A stretch of 64,000 bases of DNA from Flavobacteriia bacterium. Lineage in GTDB: Bacteria; Bacteroidota; Bacteroidia; Flavobacteriales; Flavobacteriaceae. Location of the stretch: contig RFYP01000001.1 in the NCBI GenBank assembly GCA_009921175.1, positions 8,389 to 72,388 of the forward strand, in the 5' to 3' direction. The position numbers and the translations under genes are program-made. Below the pieces are notes generated by a model. It did no database searches, was not told where the DNA came from, and worked only from the letters and a program-made list of their open reading frames with translations. This document shows, piece after piece, positions 10,455 to 22,281 of the stretch; positions within the stretch are counted from its first letter, which is position 1; every line of letters begins with the position of its first letter.

Positions 10455-11473
10455 AGTGTGTCGGGCCCCAAATTTATTTTATGGATAAATTGTACCTGTG
10501 TGTCTGGTGCTGGGATTCCATTTTTGAGTATGACCGGTGCTTCGAGTTTGTAGATTTTGTCCCAGTAAGCTTGGTCGAGAAAATGTTGTAGCGTCGAACT
10601 TCCTCCTTCTACGATTAGGGAAATGATTTTACTATGGTATAAGACTTCCAGTATTTCAGTGATAGGGTCTATAAAAGGAAGGACAAATTGTTGGGTATTG
10701 GCCAGGTCGTGATTCTTTTTTTTGGTAAAATAAAACACGGGATTCCCCTCCTGAAAAATTGCTGCATTTTTAGGTGCTCGATGGTGAGGGTCGATTAAAC
10801 ATCTTTGGGGTGTGTTTCCTTTCCATTTACGGGTAGTCAATTGGGGATTGTCATCGATGAGTGTTTGAACACCTATAAGTATGGCAGCATATTCACTACG
10901 CCACTGATGAACCCGTTGTTGAGCCAATGCACTGGTAAGCCAGAATATAGATTCTTCTTGCCGTTGTTCTGCTAGTGGGGCTATAAAACCATCTTGGCTT
11001 TGGGCCCATTTTAACAAAATATAGGGCCGCTTTTTTTTATGATAAGTAAAAAAAGCGGCATTCAACTCAAGGCATTCTTTTTCTAACACCTTTTGGGTAA
11101 CTTCACATCCGGCATCTTTAAGGATTTGTATGCCTTTGCCACCTACCAAGGGATTAGCATCAAGACAACCGACAACCACCCTGGGAATTTCACTTTCGAG
11201 AATTAAAGAGGTGCAGGGGGGAGTTTTTCCGTGATGACGACAAGGTTCTAGGGTCACGTAAAGGGTTGATTTTTTTAACAAGGATTTGTCCTTCACAGAC
11301 TGAATGGCGTGTACCTCGGCATGAGGCGTCCCCGCTTTTTGATGCCATCCTTGACCTATAATAGTATCTTGATAAACAATCACACAGCCCACCATCGGGT
11401 TGGGATGGGTTTCCCCGCGGCCTTTTTGGGCGAGTTGTAGGGCATAAGCCATAAAGGACTTCTGGTGATTCAT
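10421..11473 (-). CDS. ribD: Bifunctional riboflavin biosynthesis deaminase/reductase
   Basis: Deaminase zinc motifs HAEV and PCxHxGxTPPC, followed by a reductase half. Confidence 0.9.
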   Translation of the reverse strand: MNHQKSFMAYALQLAQKGRGETHPNPMVGCVIVYQDTIIGQGWHQKAGTPHAEVHAIQSVKDKSLLKKSTLYVTLEPCRHHGKTPPCTSLILESEIPRVVVGCLDANPLVGGKGIQILKDAGCEVTQKVLEKECLELNAAFFTYHKKKRPYILLKWAQSQDGFIAPLAEQRQEESIFWLTSALAQQRVHQWRSEYAAILIGVQTLIDDNPQLTTRKWKGNTPQRCLIDPHHRAPKNAAIFQEGNPVFYFTKKKNHDLANTQQFVLPFIDPITEILEVLYHSKIISLIVEGGSSTLQHFLDQAYWDKIYKLEAPVILKNGIPAPDTQVQFIHKINLGPDTLYSVSQSDSKA

Positions 11474-11546
11474 TACGATGTTTTGAAGAAAAATATTGTG
11501 AAAAAGCCCATGCTGGTGTAAATTTAGTCGAAATATTTTTCCATAG

Positions 11547-12026
11547 ATGAAAATACGTGAAATTCACCCGGCCGATAACGCGGCCTTGGCCCAAGTTATT
11601 CGCTCTGTGTTGATCGAATTAGGGGTACCCAAAGAAGGAACGGCCTATGCCGACAAAGAATTAGACGCCATGTACGAAGCCTACAGATCCGATCGTTCGA
11701 TGTATTTTGTGGTAGAAGACGCTCAAGGTGAGATTGTGGGTGGTGCTGGCATAGCCCCTCTAAAAGAAGGAGATGCCCAAACCTGTGAATTGCAAAAAAT
11801 GTACTTTAATTTACAGATTCGCGGCCGTGGTTTGGGAGATTTGATGATTGAAAAATGCATGGACTTTGCCCGAGCACAAGGATTTGAACAATGCTATATT
11901 GAAACCATGCCCAATATGCTAGCCGCCCAAAAGCTCTATGTAAAAAAGGGTTTTAAATACATCGATCACCCGTTGGGAAATACCGGACATTGCAATTGCC
12001 CAATCTGGCTGATCAAGGAACTCTAG
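11547..12026 (+). CDS. GNAT family N-acetyltransferase
   Basis: Acetyl-CoA binding motif IRGRGLG. Confidence 0.75.
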   Translation: MKIREIHPADNAALAQVIRSVLIELGVPKEGTAYADKELDAMYEAYRSDRSMYFVVEDAQGEIVGGAGIAPLKEGDAQTCELQKMYFNLQIRGRGLGDLMIEKCMDFARAQGFEQCYIETMPNMLAAQKLYVKKGFKYIDHPLGNTGHCNCPIWLIKEL

Positions 12027-12869
12027 ATGGTATTAATTGATCTGCACAAAAAATACCGGCAAACACTCAAAAAAAGCTATTCGGTAGCTGAGATAGACGA
12101 TTTGTTTAAACGGCTGATCAATGGCTTTTTTGATTGGGAACCGACCCTATTGGGGCTAGAACCTCAAAAGCAATTAGCACCCCAAGTGATAGCTCAACTT
12201 GAGGAGGCACTAGATCGCCTGGCCAAACACGAGCCGGTTCAATACATCATTGGGAAAGCCCATTTTCGTGACTTATTATTAGATGTAGATTCTTCGACCT
12301 TGATTCCTAGGCCCGAGACAGAAGAGCTGGTCGAGTGGGTGATTTCGGATTATCCACCCGATGCACAACTCCATATTGTGGATGTAGGAACCGGAAGCGG
12401 CTGTATTGCCTTGGCCCTTCAGCAGCATTTTGAGCAGGCCTGTATCAGAGGGGTAGATAAATCGGTGGCGGCCTTGTCCGTAGCCCAAAAAAATGCTTTG
12501 AACCTACAATTGCCGGTGCTTTTTAGTCAACAATCAATCGAATCCTTACCCCAACCTGCTCAAGCGTTTGATGCTATCGTATCCAATCCACCCTATGTTC
12601 GTATAGACGAAGTCTTGGCGCCTAACGTACTGGACTATGAGCCGCATATGGCGTTATTTACCCCACCCAAACAGCCTCTATATTACTATGAACACCTTGC
12701 CGAATATGGGCAAAAGGCGCTTAAAAGCGGAGGCCATTTGTATTTTGAAATCAACCCCTTGGAACTAGACCTGCTTAAGCAGATGTTGTTGAAAAAAGGC
12801 TTTACCCCTGTCGAAGTGAGAACCGATATTTTTGGTAAATTTCGGTTTTTAAGAGCAACCCAACCCTAG
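12027..12869 (+). CDS. prmC: Release-factor glutamine N5-methyltransferase
   Basis: VDVGTGSGCIA SAM motif and NPPY catalytic motif. Confidence 0.85.
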   Translation: MVLIDLHKKYRQTLKKSYSVAEIDDLFKRLINGFFDWEPTLLGLEPQKQLAPQVIAQLEEALDRLAKHEPVQYIIGKAHFRDLLLDVDSSTLIPRPETEELVEWVISDYPPDAQLHIVDVGTGSGCIALALQQHFEQACIRGVDKSVAALSVAQKNALNLQLPVLFSQQSIESLPQPAQAFDAIVSNPPYVRIDEVLAPNVLDYEPHMALFTPPKQPLYYYEHLAEYGQKALKSGGHLYFEINPLELDLLKQMLLKKGFTPVEVRTDIFGKFRFLRATQP

Positions 12870-14879
<2,010 letters not shown>

Positions 14880-14962
14880 ATGTTATGAATATAACAATCT
14901 ATATAAAAATATAATATTTAAATAGTTTTTTTAACGCCTGATTGGGTACATATATATTTGGC

Positions 14963-15490
14963 ATGTTTATAAAGCAATGGTTTCAAGAATGGCTGTTGAG
15001 ACGAAAAATTAAAAGGTTGATCAAATCACCGATTAATGTAGCATCTCACCGTCTGAATCAAGTAAAAAGAGTAATTGTTTTATTTGATTCTACCCTTTCG
15101 ATAGACCCTTTGCTTCTTAAACAAAAAGTCGAAGCCCTTGCAGATCAAGATGCTAAGATTACTTTTTTGACCTTTAACAAAAAGAAAATGGATCATCAAA
15201 ACGCTTTTATTGCCTTATCGCCTAAGGATCTCAGTCTTACAGGCAGTTTTAAGCCTTGGCTTGACGAATTGTGTAAAGCAGAGTACGATTTGGTCTTGCA
15301 TTTTTTTGGGTCAAAAAAGCCAGTCTTAGAATGGATAGGTTTGCATCTTAAAGCGCCGCTTCGTGTGGGCTTTAAGTCGGTTTCGTACGAACTCAATAAC
15401 CTTATATTAGACTTTCCTTCCGAGGGTCTGGATGGTTTTTTTGAGTCGTTGACCAAATACATGCAAATCATCAATCAGTCATCTTCATGA
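14963..15490 (+). CDS. Conserved hypothetical protein, translationally coupled to dapA
   Basis: Clean ORF with an ATGA overlap onto the dapA start. I recognise no domain. Start moved from TTG to ATG 14963. Confidence 0.5.
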   Translation: MFIKQWFQEWLLRRKIKRLIKSPINVASHRLNQVKRVIVLFDSTLSIDPLLLKQKVEALADQDAKITFLTFNKKKMDHQNAFIALSPKDLSLTGSFKPWLDELCKAEYDLVLHFFGSKKPVLEWIGLHLKAPLRVGFKSVSYELNNLILDFPSEGLDGFFESLTKYMQIINQSSS

Positions 15491-16377
15491 ATCTACGTGG
15501 CCAAGGAATTGCCCTAACTACCCCATTTACAGACCAATTAACCATCGATCAACAGGCCTTACGCGCACAAGTAGAACACTTGATTAACGCCGGGGTCGAT
15601 TACCTAGTTGTATTAGGAACCACGGCCGAAACGGCCACCTTAACCCCAGAAGAAAAGCAACAAGTAGCCACCCTGGTTTCCGAACAAACTGCAGGGCGCA
15701 TCCCCTTGGTGTTAGGTATGGGAGGTAATAATACGGCAGAAGTTTTGGAGACCTTTAAAACGTTTGACCTTTTGGATTACCAAGCGCTTTTGACCGTCTG
15801 CCCATACTATAACAAGCCCAGCCAGGAGGGAATTTTTCAGCATTTTGAGGCCTTGGCTATGGCTGCACCCCTCCCTCTCGTGCTCTATAATGTGCCTTCA
15901 CGTACAGGGGTAGATATCGCCGTCGAAACAGTGTTTCGTTTGGTTGAAAAATGCCCCAACATCATAGGCATTAAAGAAGCTACCTCCGATTTTGAAAAAG
16001 TACAGCAACTTTTGCGCCATAGCCCATCCTATTTTCAGGTTGTATCGGGTGATGATAGCCTGGCTTTACCTACCCTATTGGCGGGTGGTGTGGGCGTGAT
16101 ATCCGTCATTGGTAATGCCTTACCCCAACAGTTTGGCGAATTGATTTACCACGGCCTAAACCATCGTGTTTCTCAGGCGTATAGTATTCAATACGCCTTA
16201 CTGGATTTAATAAACTTACTTTTTAAAGAAGGGAATCCGACCGGTATAAAAGCTCTGCTGTCGTTCTTAAACTTAGGTTCGGCACGTTTGCGTCTCCCAT
16301 TGGTCACTGCCTCCGAAAAGTTGCAACAACAAATCGCCCATGAATACACTATTTTAAATACCCTTCAGATGGGGTGA
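15487..16377 (+). CDS. dapA: 4-hydroxy-tetrahydrodipicolinate synthase
   Basis: GTTAE, YNVPSRTG and IGIKEA motifs. Confidence 0.9.
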   Translation: MNLRGQGIALTTPFTDQLTIDQQALRAQVEHLINAGVDYLVVLGTTAETATLTPEEKQQVATLVSEQTAGRIPLVLGMGGNNTAEVLETFKTFDLLDYQALLTVCPYYNKPSQEGIFQHFEALAMAAPLPLVLYNVPSRTGVDIAVETVFRLVEKCPNIIGIKEATSDFEKVQQLLRHSPSYFQVVSGDDSLALPTLLAGGVGVISVIGNALPQQFGELIYHGLNHRVSQAYSIQYALLDLINLLFKEGNPTGIKALLSFLNLGSARLRLPLVTASEKLQQQIAHEYTILNTLQMG

Positions 16378-16453
16378 TTCATGCATGTTAGGGGACTCGA
16401 TAAACTTGCAGAATAAAATTTTAATTCGTCCGCTTATTTTGTAATTTCGCTGC

Positions 16454-17275
16454 ATGAATCAATTAAGACGTTCAAAGTTTGGGTTATTGTTGGTATTGGC
16501 CAGCTTTATCTCTTGTAGCGAATACCAAAAAATAGTCAACAGCACCGATGTTGTCGAAAAATATCGGGCAGCACAAGATTATTACGATCAGGGCGATTAC
16601 AAAAAAGCCATTCGCTTGTTTGAAATCGTTAAGCCTTCGTTCAGTGGAAAACCACAAAATGAGCGTTTGATTTATTTTTTCGCGACAGCCTACTATCAAA
16701 ACAGAGACTATTATTTGGCGGCCTACCAATACGAGAATTTTATCAAATCCTATCCCAAAAGTGACCGGGTAGAGGAAGCGAGTTTTTATGCGGCTAAATC
16801 CTATTACCACCAATCACCCATTTACAGTTTGGACCAAAAGGACACCTTTGAAGCCCTTGAAAAACTTCAGGTTTTTCTTAACAAATACCCTCAATCTTCA
16901 TTTGCCGATGAAGCCAACCAACTGATTTTGGAATTGCAAACCAAAATCGAACAGAAAGATTTTGAAATTGCCAAGCAATACTATACCATCCGCGATTACA
17001 AGGCTGCTGTTAAAGCCCTGGACAATTTTATCGCCGAATACCCAGGGACCAAATTTAGAGAAGAAGCCCTGTATCAAAAATTTAACGCGGCCTATGAAAT
17101 AGCGATTAATAGCTTTAGAGCGGTGATGAAGCCGCGTTTGGAAGAGTTACAACTACTCCATCAAACCATCTTTCGCTATTATCCCGAAACTTTATTTTCG
17201 GAAGACTTAAACCAAAAAATGGAAGAAGTAGACAAATTACTTCGTACATTTGCATCGCCAACAGAAAGCAAATAA
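16454..17275 (+). CDS. bamD: Outer membrane protein assembly factor BamD (TPR lipoprotein)
   Basis: Signal peptide ending FISC, TPR-like repeats, and the conserved position upstream of rpoZ-coaBC. Confidence 0.75.
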   Translation: MNQLRRSKFGLLLVLASFISCSEYQKIVNSTDVVEKYRAAQDYYDQGDYKKAIRLFEIVKPSFSGKPQNERLIYFFATAYYQNRDYYLAAYQYENFIKSYPKSDRVEEASFYAAKSYYHQSPIYSLDQKDTFEALEKLQVFLNKYPQSSFADEANQLILELQTKIEQKDFEIAKQYYTIRDYKAAVKALDNFIAEYPGTKFREEALYQKFNAAYEIAINSFRAVMKPRLEELQLLHQTIFRYYPETLFSEDLNQKMEEVDKLLRTFASPTESK

Positions 17276-17283
17276 ATAGCACT

Positions 17284-17613
17284 ATGACAAAGTTTAGAAG
17301 TTCTAACGCTGCTCTGAGCTCAAAGACATACGACCGCAATGAAATCGAAAAACCCACAGAGAACATCTATGAGGCGATTTCGATTATTGCCAAACGTACG
17401 ACCCAAATCAATTTGGATTTGAAAAGCGAGTTGCACGAAAAACTCGATGAGTTTGCGACCCATAACGACAGCTTGGAAGAAATTTTTGAAAACAAAGAAC
17501 AAATCGAAGTTTCAAAATTCTACGAGCGTCTTCCTAAGCCGCATGCATTGGCTATCGAAGAGTGGTTTAACGACAAGATCTACCACCGCAATACCGAAGA
17601 ATCTGACGCCTAA
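17284..17613 (+). CDS. rpoZ: DNA-directed RNA polymerase subunit omega
   Basis: 109 aa. Core EAISIIAKRTTQIN. Size and location are typical of Bacteroidota. Confidence 0.7.
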   Translation: MTKFRSSNAALSSKTYDRNEIEKPTENIYEAISIIAKRTTQINLDLKSELHEKLDEFATHNDSLEEIFENKEQIEVSKFYERLPKPHALAIEEWFNDKIYHRNTEESDA

Positions 17614-17616
17614 GTC

Positions 17617-18828
17617 ATGAGTCTGCTAGCAGGCAAAAAAATCCTCCTCGGTATATCGGGTGGAATAGCTGCCTACAAAACCCCCCTTTTAGTCCGTTTA
17701 TTAATCAAACAGGGAGCTACGGTCCGTGTAGTGATGACCCCTGCAGCAACAGACTTTGTGACACCACTTACCCTAAGTGTCGTATCGCAAAACGAAGTCC
17801 TTTCGACTTTTACTTCACCGGCTACCGATCATGAAGTATGGAATGATCATGTCGAACTAGGTTCTTGGGGAGATGTTTTTTTGATCGCCCCAGCCACGGC
17901 CAACACCCTCTCGGCCATGGCCCATGCCAAATGCAATAATTTATTGATCGCCACCTACCTTTCTGCTCGATGTCCGGTATTGATTGCCCCGGCCATGGAC
18001 TTGGATATGTATGCCCATCCAGCCAATCAAAAGAACATGGCCAGCTTGCAAGAACAGGGAGTGGAAGTATTGCCCGTCGCTTCGGGTCCCCTGGCCAGTG
18101 GGCTTTCGGGTGCCGGACGAATGCTCGAACCCGAAGAAATTGTCGATCGACTACAAAAATTTTTACGGCAGTCGGCTCCACTCCATGGGCAAAAAGTACT
18201 CATTACGGCAGGCCCTACTTATGAGGCCATCGACCCGGTACGGTTTATTGGCAATCACTCATCGGGAAGAATGGGGGTTGCCCTGGCACAACATGCCCAG
18301 CGCTTGGGTGCGCAGGTCACCTTGGTGATAGGGCCCAATCAACTCGATCTTAGCGACTTGGCCGTAGAAGTCATTCCGGTGGTTTCGGCCCAAGACATGC
18401 ATCAAGCAGTGATGAAACATTTTGATGCTGCGCAGATTGTCATTGCCGCTGCAGCAGTGGCCGATTATACCCCTAAGCATACTTTTGATCAAAAAATTAA
18501 AAAAAGTGCCCAGGCTATGACCAATGTAGAATTGGTTCCTACCGTAGATATACTTGCCGAAATGGGTGCTCAAAAAAAGAACCAATTCCTTGTGGGTTTT
18601 GCCTTAGAAACAACCGATGAATTAGCCCATGCCCAACAAAAGCGCAAGGCCAAAAACCTCGATGCAATTGTGTTGAATTCCCTTCAGGACGCCGAAGCTG
18701 GCTTTGGCCTAAAGACTAACAAAATTACGTACATTGACAAAAAAGGAAATTCTACTGCGTTTTCGGCCAAAACCAAAGAGGAAGTTGCAGAAGATATTTT
18801 TGCTCAAATCTTAAAACACCATGCGTAA
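17617..18828 (+). CDS. coaBC: Bifunctional phosphopantothenoylcysteine decarboxylase / phosphopantothenate-cysteine ligase
   Basis: Flavoprotein N-terminal half (GISGGIAAYK) and CoaB half (FIGNHSSGRMG). Confidence 0.9.
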   Translation: MSLLAGKKILLGISGGIAAYKTPLLVRLLIKQGATVRVVMTPAATDFVTPLTLSVVSQNEVLSTFTSPATDHEVWNDHVELGSWGDVFLIAPATANTLSAMAHAKCNNLLIATYLSARCPVLIAPAMDLDMYAHPANQKNMASLQEQGVEVLPVASGPLASGLSGAGRMLEPEEIVDRLQKFLRQSAPLHGQKVLITAGPTYEAIDPVRFIGNHSSGRMGVALAQHAQRLGAQVTLVIGPNQLDLSDLAVEVIPVVSAQDMHQAVMKHFDAAQIVIAAAAVADYTPKHTFDQKIKKSAQAMTNVELVPTVDILAEMGAQKKNQFLVGFALETTDELAHAQQKRKAKNLDAIVLNSLQDAEAGFGLKTNKITYIDKKGNSTAFSAKTKEEVAEDIFAQILKHHA

Positions 18829-19708
18829 CTATTTGTTTTTGCTCCTAATGCTGTTGCCAGGTTTTCACTATGGACAGGCCCTGAACAGCCAAATTGTGGT
18901 CAATGCCGATTTGGTCGATCAGACCAATCGTCAAATATTTGAAACCCTAGAACGTGCACTCACCGAATTTATCAACACCCAGTCTTGGACCAACCAAGAA
19001 TATCTTCCTCAAGAGCGTATTCGCTGCAGTTTTGTGTTGACACTCACCAGCTACGAAAACAATCAATTTGAAGGAACCCTTCAGGTACAATCATTGCGTC
19101 CTGTATTTGGCACCGATTACGACAGCCCGGTTTTAAATTTTTTGGACAAAGACATCGTTTTTACCTACCAAGAATACCAACCGCTTTTTTTTAATGCGGC
19201 CGTTTATCAGTCCAATCTCATATCCTTGTTCAGTTTTTATACCTATATCATTTTGGGCATGGACGCTGACAGCTTTGCCCGTAATGGGGGGAACCATTAT
19301 TTTGAACAAGCCCAGCAAATTGTTAACCTAGCCCAACAGTCTAAAATTGCAGGATGGAATCAAAACGATGGGAACCGCAACCGTTTTTGGTTAATCGACA
19401 ATCTCCGATCCAATATGTTTACCGAATTTCGCGAAGCACAGTATGTGTATCATCGTGAAGGATTGGACCAAATGACTTCCGATGGCCTTCTTGCCAAAAA
19501 GAATTTTTCACAAGCCATAGAACTGCTTAAAAAGCTCTACCAAAGACGCCCCAATGCCTTTTTGTTGCAACTGTTTTTTGATGCCAAAGTCCAAGAAATT
19601 GTAGATGTATTGTCTGATGGACCTAAAATTGAACTCGAAGACACCAAGAAAACACTGGCAACGATAGCCCCATTTTTTGGCGCGCGTTGGAAGCAAATCA
19701 AAAATTAA
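18821..19708 (+). CDS. Secreted conserved hypothetical protein (DUF4835-like by memory)
   Basis: Signal peptide. The start overlaps the coaBC stop by 8 nt. Sits in the conserved slot between coaBC and recN. Confidence 0.5.
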   Translation: MRNYLFLLLMLLPGFHYGQALNSQIVVNADLVDQTNRQIFETLERALTEFINTQSWTNQEYLPQERIRCSFVLTLTSYENNQFEGTLQVQSLRPVFGTDYDSPVLNFLDKDIVFTYQEYQPLFFNAAVYQSNLISLFSFYTYIILGMDADSFARNGGNHYFEQAQQIVNLAQQSKIAGWNQNDGNRNRFWLIDNLRSNMFTEFREAQYVYHREGLDQMTSDGLLAKKNFSQAIELLKKLYQRRPNAFLLQLFFDAKVQEIVDVLSDGPKIELEDTKKTLATIAPFFGARWKQIKN

Positions 19709-19763
19709 AATTTCTTGTCTTTAGCACGAAACTCCGCTATATTTGGGAGGTAAAGGAATTATA

Positions 19764-21416
19764 GTGCTACAGAACCTTTCCATCAAAAATTACGCGTTAA
19801 TCAACCGCTTGGACGTTCAGTTCTCCAACGGAATGACCACCATTACCGGTGAGACCGGAGCCGGAAAATCTATCCTTTTGGGTGCTTTATCCCTGGTCTT
19901 GGGCAAACGTGCAGACCGCAGTGTACTTTATACCGAAGATCAAAAGTGTGTGGTCGAGGCGCAGTTTGATATTTCCCAGTACGCACTTCAATCTTTTTTT
20001 GACACCCACGATTTGGACTTTGCTGTAGAAACTGTTTTACGGCGTGAAATTATTCCCAATGGCAAGTCACGCGCCTTTGTCAATGACACACCGGTGACCT
20101 TGGATGTTTTGGATGCCCTTGGGAGTTTATTGGTCGATATTCATTCACAGCACCAAACCTTGACGTTGACCAAAAATGACTATCAATTTGCCATTTTGGA
20201 TGCCTATGCCTCTGCAACGGACATGGTCAATCAATATTCCGAAAAGCTAGCGCACTACCAAGCGGTAGTTGCTGAAATTGAAAATTTGGAACAACGCCTA
20301 CAAAAAATTGCCGAAGAACAGGAATACCAACAGTTTTTGTATCAAGAGCTCACTGATGCCGCCCTCGAACCCGATCTATTAGCCCCGCTAGAAGATCGTT
20401 TATCCGTACTGTCGAATATCGAAGACCTTCAGCAGTTGACTTCCGAAGCACTACAGCGAATGGATCAAGACGATATTGGGATACTGGCTCAGCTCACTCA
20501 ACTTAAAGCGGTTTGTAATCAAGCGGCAGCAAAATCCCAAACCTTTCAAAAATATGCCGACCGCCTGAGTTCGGTCATACTCGAAGTACAGGATTTATTT
20601 CAAGAGCTCTCTCACGATTACGATGCCCTGGAAGCTCATCCCCAAGAACTGGAACAAACGCAACATAGATTACAGGCCATCTATGCCCTGTTTAAAAAAC
20701 ACCAGGTGAATGCCGTAGTAGATTTGATTGAAAAGCAAAATGCCTTGGCCGAGCAATTGCACGATACCCAAAATATCGAACAACGGTTAAACACTCTTAA
20801 AGCTGAAAAACAACCCCTTAAAACACAGTTGGAAGTATTGGCCCAGGAACTTCATAAAAAGCGTGAGGCGGCTGCGCCTAAACTATCCGAGAAACTTCAA
20901 AAATACCTCGCGGATATGGGTATGCCCCACGCCCGATTTTCATTCCGCTTGACCCCGGTAACGGAATTTCTAGCCAACGGAAAAGATCAATTGGTTTTGT
21001 TGTTTTCTGCCAATGCCGGAAGTCCTTTTCAACCGCTTAAAAAAGTAGCTTCAGGCGGTGAGTTATCACGAATCATGTTGGCGATAAAAGCAGTTTTAGC
21101 ACAATACCAAAACCTCCCTACCATTGTCTTTGATGAAATAGACACAGGGGTTTCGGGTAATATTTCAAACGAAATTGCGCTGATCATGTCGGGTATGGCG
21201 GCCCATATGCAGGTGATGACCATCACCCATTTGCCTCAAGTCGCGGCCAAAGGAACCCAGCAATTAAAAGTCTATAAACAGGTTGAAGAGGGGCATACCC
21301 ATACCCTTATCAAATCGCTTACGGAGGAAGAACGCGTCGATGAAATTGCCCAAATGTTGTCAGGGGATGAACTCACCCAAACGGCGCGTGACCATGCCGT
21401 CAAATTATTGAATTAA
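19764..21416 (+). CDS. recN: DNA repair protein RecN
   Basis: N-terminal Walker A GETGAGKS, a long coiled coil, and the C-terminal signature SGGELSR plus Walker B VFDEID. A GTG start gives (M)LQNLSIKNY. Confidence 0.9.
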   Translation: MLQNLSIKNYALINRLDVQFSNGMTTITGETGAGKSILLGALSLVLGKRADRSVLYTEDQKCVVEAQFDISQYALQSFFDTHDLDFAVETVLRREIIPNGKSRAFVNDTPVTLDVLDALGSLLVDIHSQHQTLTLTKNDYQFAILDAYASATDMVNQYSEKLAHYQAVVAEIENLEQRLQKIAEEQEYQQFLYQELTDAALEPDLLAPLEDRLSVLSNIEDLQQLTSEALQRMDQDDIGILAQLTQLKAVCNQAAAKSQTFQKYADRLSSVILEVQDLFQELSHDYDALEAHPQELEQTQHRLQAIYALFKKHQVNAVVDLIEKQNALAEQLHDTQNIEQRLNTLKAEKQPLKTQLEVLAQELHKKREAAAPKLSEKLQKYLADMGMPHARFSFRLTPVTEFLANGKDQLVLLFSANAGSPFQPLKKVASGGELSRIMLAIKAVLAQYQNLPTIVFDEIDTGVSGNISNEIALIMSGMAAHMQVMTITHLPQVAAKGTQQLKVYKQVEEGHTHTLIKSLTEEERVDEIAQMLSGDELTQTARDHAVKLLN

Positions 21417-21450
21417 ACGTATCTTTGAAGCACATAAAGGAATTAGACCT

Positions 21451-22272
21451 ATGGCCAATCAACTATTAAAAGGAAAAAAGGGAATTATTTTTGGTGCTTT
21501 GGATCAAGAATCCATTGCGTGGAAAACGGCTGAAGCTGTTTATGCTGAAGGCGGCCAGGTTGTATTGACCAATGCTCCTGTAGCCATGCGTATGGGAACA
21601 ATTAACTCACTCAGTGAAAAAATCAACGCTCCCATCATTCCTGCAGACGCTACTCAGATGGAAGATTTAGAAGCCTTGGTCGATCAATCCATGGAACATT
21701 TGGGTGGAAAGTTAGATTTTGTCTTGCACTCTATCGGCATGTCGATTAACGTTCGAAAAGGAAAACACTACACCGACCTAAATCACGACTGGTTGACCAA
21801 AGGCTGGGATGTTTCTGCAGTTTCCTTTCACAAGTTGATGCAAACCCTGTATCAAAAAGATGCCATGAATGAGTGGGGTAGTATCATCGCCCTGTCTTAT
21901 ATCGCTGCACAGCGAACCTTTCCGAATTACAATGATATGGCAGACAACAAAGCCTATTTGGAGTCGATCGCTCGCAGTTTTGGTTATTTCTTTGGAAAAG
22001 ACAAAAAAGTACGGGTCAATACCATTTCACAATCACCGACCTTAACCACGGCCGGTAAGGGTGTCAAGGGTTTAGACGGTTTTTTAAATTATGCCGAAAA
22101 AACGGCTCCCTTGGGCAATGCCACAGCCGAAGACTGCGCGGCCTATACCGTCATGATGTTTTCGGATTACAGCCGAAAAGTGACCTTGCAAAATTTATTT
22201 CATGATGGCGGCTTTTCTTTTGTGGGTGTGAGCCAAGAAATCATCGATGCTTTAGGAACCGACCAGGCCTAA
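21451..22272 (+). CDS. fabI: Enoyl-[acyl-carrier-protein] reductase (NADH)
   Basis: SDR fold with the FabI-type N-terminus KGKKGIIFG and a Tyr/Lys active-site region. Confidence 0.85.
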   Translation: MANQLLKGKKGIIFGALDQESIAWKTAEAVYAEGGQVVLTNAPVAMRMGTINSLSEKINAPIIPADATQMEDLEALVDQSMEHLGGKLDFVLHSIGMSINVRKGKHYTDLNHDWLTKGWDVSAVSFHKLMQTLYQKDAMNEWGSIIALSYIAAQRTFPNYNDMADNKAYLESIARSFGYFFGKDKKVRVNTISQSPTLTTAGKGVKGLDGFLNYAEKTAPLGNATAEDCAAYTVMMFSDYSRKVTLQNLFHDGGFSFVGVSQEIIDALGTDQA

Positions 22273-22281
22273 ACCTAATCT

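Noticed and set aside
11474-11546. FMN riboswitch upstream of ribD
   Set aside because: The spacer is only 73 nt and lacks the conserved FMN-element motifs. It is too short for the aptamer plus an expression platform.
11190-11594. 134-aa ORF overlapping the 5' part of ribD in another frame
   Set aside because: It overlaps the conserved deaminase domain of ribD and runs into the neighbouring GNAT gene start. It has no motifs.
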